A DNA stretch of 64,000 nucleotides from Elusimicrobiota bacterium (lineage in GTDB: Bacteria; Elusimicrobiota; Elusimicrobia; UBA1565; UBA9628), in assembly GCA_033875325.1 (NCBI GenBank), contig JANRKA010000071.1, positions 73,371 through 137,370 of the forward strand. The letters are read 5' to 3'. The translations under genes were made by a program, and so were the position numbers. The notes beneath the pieces are model-generated. The model was not told where the DNA came from and did not search any database. It saw only the letters and a list, made by a program, of their open reading frames with translations. Shown here piece by piece: positions 18,285 through 24,859 of the stretch; position 1 is the stretch's first letter; every line of letters starts with the position of its first letter.

Positions 18285-18415
18285 CTCGATCCGCGGCCTA
18301 CACTGAATGCAGACGCATTGATGACCTGTGTAGCCTGGGGAATCGGCCCCGGGGTATCCACGATCCCGCCGGAACGGGATGAGACCACGGGAAACGACTA
18401 CGATCGTTTCCCGTT
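18285..18415 (+). ncRNA. candidate structured leader RNA / riboswitch-like element, copy 1, ending in an intrinsic terminator
   Basis: Paralogous to 23267-23412 on the minus strand. The 38-nt core 18319-18356 is 36/38 identical to the reverse complement of 23339-23376. Flanking hairpins differ but stay paired. Terminator ACGGGAAACG-loop-CGTTTCCCGT plus T6, then conserved GTCGCC. Confidence 0.5.
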
Positions 18416-18478
18416 TTTTGTCGCCTGGCAGCAGCTGGACGGCAGAGAACGGGGACTCCGTGGGAGGGACCTGAGTCT

Positions 18479-18955
18479 ATGGATAGCGTCGATGGGCGTA
18501 TGACGGGGACGGCGGACTATGGGGGGGCGCGTCTTGCGCGTCCCGAGCGTAAGACGACGGCGGCTCAGTTCAACGAGGGGCTCCTGCGAGCAGGAGCTGA
18601 GAGGGCGAGCAGCGACGGCGGCCAGTGGCGCCACCTGTTGAGCTTGGTCTGCGCGGAATACGCCTACTGCACGATGTATGGAGTCAACATCGTGGACGGC
18701 AATATCGTCTCCTGCGCCAACATCCAGCGCAGCCTGACCTTCGGGCCCGCAAAGGACGTCGTGCCGGCCCCGCCGGCCTTCGACGAGTATTGGCAGGCGC
18801 TGCGGGACCTGTGCGCCCGCGTGCGCAACGGCCGCCTCGCGGAACTGCGCTTCAGCCGGGCGAGGCCGATCGCGGCCAAGACCAGCGAGGGCGGCAGACG
18901 GTTCAAGAGGCTGGTCAAGCCGCTCGACGCGGGCGAATCCTCGCCGAAGGCCTAG
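18479..18955 (+). CDS. hypothetical protein downstream of RNA element copy 1
   Basis: Track ORF of 158 aa with a GGGAGGGA Shine-Dalgarno about 9 nt upstream of the ATG. No family recognised. Confidence 0.45.
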   Translation: MDSVDGRMTGTADYGGARLARPERKTTAAQFNEGLLRAGAERASSDGGQWRHLLSLVCAEYAYCTMYGVNIVDGNIVSCANIQRSLTFGPAKDVVPAPPAFDEYWQALRDLCARVRNGRLAELRFSRARPIAAKTSEGGRRFKRLVKPLDAGESSPKA

Positions 18956-18987
18956 GCCCTACGAACTGAAGAGCGCCGGCGGCCGGT

Positions 18988-20598
18988 TCATGCGCCCCAG
19001 GGCGGTTCTTTGCCGACCACGCCGCTAAGGTGCTCATGACCGGAGAAGGAGCCTGCCGGACGACCCGTGGCCAGGTAAAGATTCTGGAATCCAGCGGCGT
19101 GTAAACGCGCGGACTCCTCCAACCCGCTCGCTCCTCCGCCGAGGTCGACGTCCAGGTAGACCGGAGTGCGCTTGTCGAGCGTCGCGCAGGCCGCATGGAA
19201 CGCGGCGAGGGTCTCGAACGCGACGAAGTCCTTGCCGTGCTCGTGGGCCGCGTTGCGCCAGGTGAGGCGCGTGAGGGGGTCATCGTCGATAAGCACCGCG
19301 TCGAGCCGCCGGATGCCCTGAGCCGTTGTCCCGACGGCGGGCAGCACCAGCGTCACGGCGGTTCCCACGCCGACTTTGGAGTCGATCTCCAGCCGTCCGC
19401 CCCAGACCTCCACGCTCTCGCGCGCATGATGGAGCCCGAGGCCGGAGCCGGCGGCCTTGCCGTGGCTGAAGCCGCGCTCCCCGGCCCGCGCGACGACTTC
19501 CGGCGGCATGCCTTTGCCGCCGTCTCGTACCGTCACGCGAACCTCGTCGGGATCCCGGGCCGCCTCGATGCGGACGGGCGCCGAGTCGGGCGCGCCCGAC
19601 TCGAGCGCGTTATTGATGAGGTTCGAGAGCACGCGCTTGAACTCAGCGGGATCGACGCGCGCGGAGAGTTCGCCCGGCGCCGCGCATTCGAAGAGGATGC
19701 GGCTCTCTCCCGAGGTTCCGGCGCCGAGGCTCTTCTCCGACACGATCTGCTCGATCATGTCGGAAAGAGCCGAGACGGGGGGCATGGCCGCGCGAGTCCG
19801 ATCGGGGCGGCGTCGCGCCAAAAGCCCATCGGCGATCTCCCGGATGCGTTCGAGGGCGTCGCGGAATTGGCGGCGTTTCGCGGCGGGCAGGGCGGCGGCG
19901 TCGCCCGCGGCGGCGTGTAGAGCGGCTAGCGGCGAGCGTATGTCGTGCGCCACCTGCTCGGCCAGCTCGGCGCGGACGCGCGTGTCGATCAACTGGCGCT
20001 CCTGCGCTTGGGCTCGATCGAGGCGCAGGCGGATGTCGCGCATATCGGCCATGATGCCGATCAGGTCGCGATGGGAGTCGATCTCGACTCCCGAGCCCTT
20101 GAGGAACTCGATGAGCGTGGTCGTGGTGCGCCGCTCAAGACGCCGCACGAAGGCGAGGGATAGGCCGGAGATCAGGACGTAGACGAGGAGAACGGCCATC
20201 ATCGGCGCCGTCGAGAAGCGGAAGGGACGGCACATCGTGATCCGCGCATCGCCCGCCGTGCTCGCCTTGCCGAGTGGATGCGCGAGGTCGGCGCAGTGGC
20301 CCGGCGCGGGTGGCCGGCCGAACTCGAAAGTCTCGTCGGCGATGCGTAGGCGTACGTAGAGGTCGGAAAACTCCCGGCCGACGCCTTCGACGAAGTCCCG
20401 GAACCTCCGGCCCTTGATGTCCTCGAAACGGGACTTGGTGAGCGTCAGGGCTTGGCTTTCGACGAGGCGTTGATTGTCCGCCGCCGCGAGACGATAGCTG
20501 CTATACCAGCTGCTGACCACCAGCGCCACGAAAAGGACGTTGAATACGAGCCAGACGCGCAACGGCGAGATGAGCGTCAGACGAGAGGATGGGGCCAC
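18988..20598 (-). CDS. hybrid sensor histidine kinase (2 TM + periplasmic loop, HisKA, HATPase_c, C-terminal receiver-like domain)
   Basis: ELAEQVAHDIRSPLAAL (H-box). NLINNALES, DGGKGMP, GSGLGLHHARE (N/G boxes). C-terminal VLIDDDPLTRL...VYLDVDLGG. I place the start at GTG 20596-20598, preceded by GGAGGG. The track ORF extends to 20955 but overlaps the YcaO gene. Confidence 0.85.
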   Translation of the reverse strand: MAPSSRLTLISPLRVWLVFNVLFVALVVSSWYSSYRLAAADNQRLVESQALTLTKSRFEDIKGRRFRDFVEGVGREFSDLYVRLRIADETFEFGRPPAPGHCADLAHPLGKASTAGDARITMCRPFRFSTAPMMAVLLVYVLISGLSLAFVRRLERRTTTTLIEFLKGSGVEIDSHRDLIGIMADMRDIRLRLDRAQAQERQLIDTRVRAELAEQVAHDIRSPLAALHAAAGDAAALPAAKRRQFRDALERIREIADGLLARRRPDRTRAAMPPVSALSDMIEQIVSEKSLGAGTSGESRILFECAAPGELSARVDPAEFKRVLSNLINNALESGAPDSAPVRIEAARDPDEVRVTVRDGGKGMPPEVVARAGERGFSHGKAAGSGLGLHHARESVEVWGGRLEIDSKVGVGTAVTLVLPAVGTTAQGIRRLDAVLIDDDPLTRLTWRNAAHEHGKDFVAFETLAAFHAACATLDKRTPVYLDVDLGGGASGLEESARLHAAGFQNLYLATGRPAGSFSGHEHLSGVVGKEPPWGA

Positions 20599-21533
20599 GG
20601 GTTCCCGCCCTCCTGCAGTGACTCGCTTCCCCAGGAGAGACGCGGCCAATGGGGATTCGTCGCCGCCGCGACGCAAGGAAAGCCTTCGATATCGACGAGG
20701 ACGCTGGTCTCGACATCGTCGTAGCCGCCAACTTCGATCGGCTCGGCGGTCCCGTGCCGACTTTCGAGGAATTTGAAAGCCGCGCGATTCTCCGGATTCA
20801 TGTAGAAGCTCCGGTGCGATTCGGGCCCGCCGCTTGCCGGAAGCGGGGCATAGGAGGAGGGTTTTCCATCGCGCACGACGGCGGAGCGGAGAAGCGAGCG
20901 CAACACTTTCGACTGGACATCCTTCAGCGGGACACCCGGGCGTTGATAGCAGCAATCAAAGAGCACGCCGTCCGCCGCTCCCCGGCCCAGCCCGCAGATC
21001 ACGTCGCCCAGCCTCACTTCCGACAAGCGAAACAGGTCGATTCCCCATCCGAGGTATTCCAAGGACGCCAGATGAGCCCGATTGAGAAGCCCGGCCGTTG
21101 GGACCTTCTCCCAACCCTTGCGCGAGTTCCAGGCCGTCAAGTAAACGGCTCGCTCGATGAGTTCCGCGCGCGCGGAGGCCTCCGCCTCCCCCGGGGTCGC
21201 GCCGCAGGCGAAGCCGTTGCTGCTGCGGGGGAGGCCGGTCGAGCCGATGGGTCGGTCACGCAGAAGGTCGAGCCAAAGGCGCTCCCAGGCTTCCGCGAAG
21301 GCCTGCGTGAGCGAATCCGTATACATCAGGCTGTCTCCGATGCCCTCGGCCTCGCGCCCCATTCCCGTGAGCCGGCAGCCGACGATCGAAATGGGAAGGA
21401 GCTTGGAGGGCACGGTGAAGATCGACCAGCGCAGGTCTTCGGCGCCGCCCGTGAGCGGAGAGCGTATTCGCGCGGAGCCCTTTCGAATGAAGGAGAGGTC
21501 GATGGACCAGCGGCTACTTCCAGCTGACTTCAT
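20577..21533 (-). CDS. short stand-alone YcaO-domain protein
   Basis: 318 aa. GIGDSLMYTDSLTQAFAEAWERLW, SSNGFACGATPGEAEASARAELIERAVYL and a proline-rich C-terminus GGNPWPHPLV, which are typical YcaO hallmarks. Overlaps the SBP gene by 20 nt and the kinase gene by about 22 nt. Confidence 0.7.
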   Translation of the reverse strand: MKSAGSSRWSIDLSFIRKGSARIRSPLTGGAEDLRWSIFTVPSKLLPISIVGCRLTGMGREAEGIGDSLMYTDSLTQAFAEAWERLWLDLLRDRPIGSTGLPRSSNGFACGATPGEAEASARAELIERAVYLTAWNSRKGWEKVPTAGLLNRAHLASLEYLGWGIDLFRLSEVRLGDVICGLGRGAADGVLFDCCYQRPGVPLKDVQSKVLRSLLRSAVVRDGKPSSYAPLPASGGPESHRSFYMNPENRAAFKFLESRHGTAEPIEVGGYDDVETSVLVDIEGFPCVAAATNPHWPRLSWGSESLQEGGNPWPHPLV

Positions 21534-22983
21534 AGAACCGCAGCCGCATGTCGAACGGGTTCAGCCGGGACAAGTCGACGCGCTTGCTCGCCGCGATCTG
21601 GTCCGATTCGATGAATAAGGGGACCGCATACGTTTCTTCCAGGACATGCTCATGAAGCGCGCGAATCTCCGTCTCCCGCTTTGCCTTCTCCTCCGCGGCG
21701 ATGATCCGATCGAAGAGCGGCTTTACCTCTTTCCTGAAGTAGCGCAGGTCTCCCTGGTCGGGTGAGAACATGAACTGCCAGCTCCCCATGGCGTCGTGCT
21801 GGTTGCCGGCGAACTGGGACATCTGCGCGTCGGCATCGTCCTTCGAGGCGTCTAAGTCCCTGGCGTACCCGATATCCAAAGCGACGCCTGCCTTGCCGAA
21901 GCCGGTCTTGAGGGCGTCGAGCACGGGCGCCGCGTCGGTGAACGCCGGGAGCAGATTGATCTTTACGCGCTGTCGGGCGAGGTCGGCGGTTTCGATCGCT
22001 TTCGGGGTGCAGTCGTTATCGAGGCGTCCGGAATATCCTTTAGGAATCAATTGGCACTCGCGCGCGAGGCTCGAATAGGCGAATCCATCCAGCGACCGCT
22101 GTACGATGAGAGCGAACTCACGCCGTGCCCTGGCCTCGCGCCAAAGGGCCTTTTTAGAGTTGAAGTAGAGATAGTAGATCCAGGTCGGATAGCCGCGCGA
22201 AACTTGCGGAGCACGGGAAAGCAGCTTCGGGATCGGGCTTCGGAAAACGGGAATGGGAAGCTTTAGGAGATCGACGTCGACGGAGTCGAAAAAGTCCCCT
22301 ATGGTATCCATCGTGAAGTTCACGAGCTCCACGCGCTCGGGATAGCCGCTCTCGCCGGGAAAGTGCGCATTGCGCCGCAGGACGAGCCGTTTGCCCGGCT
22401 CGTAGGAGTCGACCGAGAAAGCTCCGGAGGTCACCCGCCAGTCCTTGGCGCGGTTATCCGGATGGAGCAGAGCCGCATCGGCGAGGCTCAACTCGTGGAT
22501 CAAGCCGTCGTTGACGGGCACGGAGAACTCGAGGATAAGGCTGCGGTCCTCGACCGTCGCGCGGCGGAGCTTCTTCAGGTAGACGACATGCCGGCGCTTT
22601 TCGCGGCTGAGGGATTCGACATGGGCCGCGAGGTCCGCGGGCTTGATCGGAGTCCCGTCGCTCCAGGTCAAGGCCGGCCTCAAATGAAAGGCCCAGCGCG
22701 TCGGCGAAAGGCGCTCCCAGGACTCCGCGAGGCCGGGTCCATAGCCTGACGGCGACTGGCTCGAGTCCCGGACCAAGCCGATGGCGAGGTTCTCCAGGAG
22801 GTAATACTGGTAGGCGAACTCGGTGTTGTCCGGGTCCAGGAGCTTCTGGTCCTGCCGGAGCACCGCGAACGGGTAGCCGACGCGAAGCACGTTAGGGGCC
22901 TTCATACGGTATCGCAGGTAGGCGAGGCCCGCACCGACGCCCAACAGCAGCGCTGACGCCAGGACGGCCTTCCGGCGGGTCAT
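21514..22983 (-). CDS. extracytoplasmic solute-binding protein, family 5 (peptide/nickel type)
   Basis: 489 aa. N-terminal anchor/signal MTRRKAVLASALLLGVGAGLA. LAESWERLSPTRWAFHLRPALTWSDGTPIKPADL is typical of SBP_bac_5. Confidence 0.8.
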   Translation of the reverse strand: MTRRKAVLASALLLGVGAGLAYLRYRMKAPNVLRVGYPFAVLRQDQKLLDPDNTEFAYQYYLLENLAIGLVRDSSQSPSGYGPGLAESWERLSPTRWAFHLRPALTWSDGTPIKPADLAAHVESLSREKRRHVVYLKKLRRATVEDRSLILEFSVPVNDGLIHELSLADAALLHPDNRAKDWRVTSGAFSVDSYEPGKRLVLRRNAHFPGESGYPERVELVNFTMDTIGDFFDSVDVDLLKLPIPVFRSPIPKLLSRAPQVSRGYPTWIYYLYFNSKKALWREARARREFALIVQRSLDGFAYSSLARECQLIPKGYSGRLDNDCTPKAIETADLARQRVKINLLPAFTDAAPVLDALKTGFGKAGVALDIGYARDLDASKDDADAQMSQFAGNQHDAMGSWQFMFSPDQGDLRYFRKEVKPLFDRIIAAEEKAKRETEIRALHEHVLEETYAVPLFIESDQIAASKRVDLSRLNPFDMRLRFYEVSWK

Positions 22984-23004
22984 GAGCGAGGTTTCTCAAA
23001 GCGA

Positions 23005-23039
23005 GACGCCAAGCAACTCCTTGCCGGTTGCTTGGCGTC
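23005..23039 (-). terminator. perfect 13-bp stem-loop between the 48-codon ORF and the SBP gene (attenuator or RNA-stability hairpin)
   Basis: GACGCCAAGCAAC - 9 nt - GTTGCTTGGCGTC read directly. No clean U-run follows on the minus strand. Confidence 0.4.
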
Positions 23040-23062
23040 GTTCGCCAGGCAAGAACCCCGCG

Positions 23063-23209
23063 TCAGCGGGGAAAGCCTTTGCAGTTGGCGTCGTCGGCGA
23101 CGGGCTCGTTGGCGACGGGCTTCGTGTAGAGCTTCGCCGGCAGGGACAGCGCCAGGGAAATCACGCCGAGGAAGTAGCCGAGGGCGAGGACGGGGAGCTT
23201 CTTGTTCAT
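23063..23209 (-). CDS. 48-aa small peptide with hydrophobic signal-like N-terminus (candidate secreted or precursor peptide)
   Basis: MNKKLPVLALGYFLGVISLALSLPAKLYTKPVANEPVADDANCKGFPR. GGAGGT 8 nt upstream of the ATG. Internal start of track ORF 23063..23260. Confidence 0.5.
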   Translation of the reverse strand: MNKKLPVLALGYFLGVISLALSLPAKLYTKPVANEPVADDANCKGFPR

Positions 23210-23266
23210 GGTATCGAACCTCCGAGACACGAGTTTACGAAAATTGTCTCCTATCGACAATGTTCG

Positions 23267-23412
23267 GGCGACAAAAAAACCAAAGACCTGGAATGCCGTA
23301 TGGCATCGTCAGATCTCTGGTCTCATCCGATTGAGGTCGGATCGTGGATACCCCAGGGCCGATTCCCCGGGCTACAGAGCCGCCGCGCGGGCGGTGAGAA
23401 CAGTGTAGAGCC
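23267..23412 (-). ncRNA. candidate structured leader RNA / riboswitch-like element, copy 2, ending in an intrinsic terminator
   Basis: Minus-strand paralogue of 18285-18415, with the same order of elements: CTACAC, hairpin, core, 4-bp hairpin, AUGAGACC, terminator plus T7, GTCGCC. Starts right after the MFS stop codon, about 60 nt upstream of the 48-codon ORF. Confidence 0.5.
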
Positions 23413-23442
23413 GAGGCTGCGGTCCAGACAGGGTCCAAGGGC

Positions 23443-24624
23443 CTATCCGGCATTAGGTCTCTCCCGGCGGCCGAGCCCCCATGCCGCGCAGAGCAGCGCG
23501 CAAGCCGCGGCCGCACCGAAGAAGACGGGCGCGGGAGGCAGCCGCTTGAGCAGCAGGCCCACCCCGGCCGCCGCGAGAGGAGCGGCGAGCAAGGTGGCGG
23601 AGTTGAGCGTGCTGAAGACGCGGCCGGCTTGGGCGGCGGGGACCTCGCTTTGCAGGCGCGTCGCCACGGGGACCTGGATGAAGGGAAGCGCGGCCCCGAC
23701 GATCAGGACCGCGGCCGACGCTTGAAGCGGCGAGGTGCTGGAGCCGACCGCGACGAGTCCGCAGGCGACGGCTCCTAGGCCGGCCAGGATGGAGTCCTCC
23801 CAGCGTGCCGTTTCCATGAGCCGGCTTCCGGCTGCCAAGTTGCCGATGATCGCGCCAACGACCAGTACCGCCATGGCGCCGCCGAAGCCCTGCGGTCCGG
23901 AGCCGAGGGAGAGCAGGTGGGGGGCTAAGGCGACGTTGAGCGGCGCCAGGCAGAAGTTGACGGCGATACCCAACGCGGCGAGCGTGAGCACGAGCGGCAT
24001 GCGAAGAAGAGCGGAGAATGAATCGACGATGTCGGGCGAGCGGCCTTCCGCCGGTTGGTCGGGGGCTTGAGGAAGCGTCGCGAAGTGCGCCAGCGGCGTG
24101 GCCGCCAGGAAGACCGCGGCGAATATCGCGCAGGACGCGCCGAGTCCATGCCGCGCAAGAACCGCTCCCCCGAGCGCGGGCCCCGCGGCCGAGGCGGCCA
24201 GGAACGCAACGCCGCTCGAAGCGTTGGCCTCGTGCATTTTCTCTGGAGTGAACATGGAGGGGATGGTCTTAGAGACAGCTGGGCCGTGCGCGAGCGAGAA
24301 GAGCGCGCTCAGGAAGGCGAAGACGGCGGCGTGGGCCGCCACGGTCTGGGGCGTCAGGAGCGCGAGAGCGAGGAGGAGGACGGCGCGCGCCAGGCAGGCT
24401 GCGCTCAAGATGTTCCGCACGGGGTGGCGGTCGAGGGCTCGTCCGACCAGGGGGCCGAGCAGGCAGGCCGCGGCTGAGCCGACGAAGACTCCGCTCATCG
24501 CGGCGACGCCTCGCTGCTCCAAAGCCACCCAGGCCAGGAGCATCCGAACGCCCGCGTCCCCGGCGGTGGATAGGGCGTAGCCCGCGATCAGGCGGCGGAA
24601 CTCGCGACGATGGATCAGGCGCAT
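23443..24624 (-). CDS. MFS-family transporter (candidate exporter)
   Basis: 393 aa with about 12 hydrophobic segments. Typical MFS loop GPLVGRALDRHPVRN. Confidence 0.85.
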   Translation of the reverse strand: MRLIHRREFRRLIAGYALSTAGDAGVRMLLAWVALEQRGVAAMSGVFVGSAAACLLGPLVGRALDRHPVRNILSAACLARAVLLLALALLTPQTVAAHAAVFAFLSALFSLAHGPAVSKTIPSMFTPEKMHEANASSGVAFLAASAAGPALGGAVLARHGLGASCAIFAAVFLAATPLAHFATLPQAPDQPAEGRSPDIVDSFSALLRMPLVLTLAALGIAVNFCLAPLNVALAPHLLSLGSGPQGFGGAMAVLVVGAIIGNLAAGSRLMETARWEDSILAGLGAVACGLVAVGSSTSPLQASAAVLIVGAALPFIQVPVATRLQSEVPAAQAGRVFSTLNSATLLAAPLAAAGVGLLLKRLPPAPVFFGAAAACALLCAAWGLGRRERPNAG

Positions 24625-24645
24625 ATCCTAGCGGATGCGAAGGGC

Positions 24646-24677
24646 GGGGAGGCCGGCCCGCGCGGGCCGGCCTCCCC
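24646..24677 (-). terminator. GC-rich 15-bp stem hairpin directly after the 46-codon ORF
   Basis: GGGGAGGCCGGCCCG CG CGGGCCGGCCTCCCC read directly. Lies between the peptide stop (24690) and the MFS start (24624). No U-run. Confidence 0.45.
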
Positions 24678-24689
24678 GGGCGCGTCCGG

Positions 24690-24830
24690 CTAGATGCCGA
24701 CCGTGACCTGGATGGTGTTGCGGTACGGCTTGTCGCCGGCGTTGACCGAGGCGGGGCCGGCGGCGAGCTTGGCGAGCAGCTCCTGCGCGTCGATGCGCAG
24801 CTTGGTCTTGTTCTCGATGGTCTGGTTCAT
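24690..24830 (-). CDS. 46-aa candidate RiPP precursor peptide
   Basis: MNQTIENKTKLRIDAQELLAKLAAGPASVNAGDKPYRNTIQVTVGI. GGAG 7 nt upstream of the ATG. Lies 29 nt downstream of the radical SAM gene. It is the last 46 codons of the otherwise Arg/Pro-rich artefactual track ORF 24690..25313. Confidence 0.6.
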   Translation of the reverse strand: MNQTIENKTKLRIDAQELLAKLAAGPASVNAGDKPYRNTIQVTVGI

Positions 24831-24859
24831 GGGGTCTCCGTGCGTCTGGTTTTTACGGA

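Noticed and set aside
18319-23376. Reading the 38-bp inverted repeats (18319-18356 and 23339-23376) as terminal inverted repeats of a 5-kb transposon
   Set aside because: There is no transposase between them. Similarity extends beyond the 38 bp with hairpins that covary, each copy carries its own terminator and downstream SD-ATG, and I noticed no target-site duplication. An RNA-leader interpretation fits better, but the transposon reading is not formally excluded.
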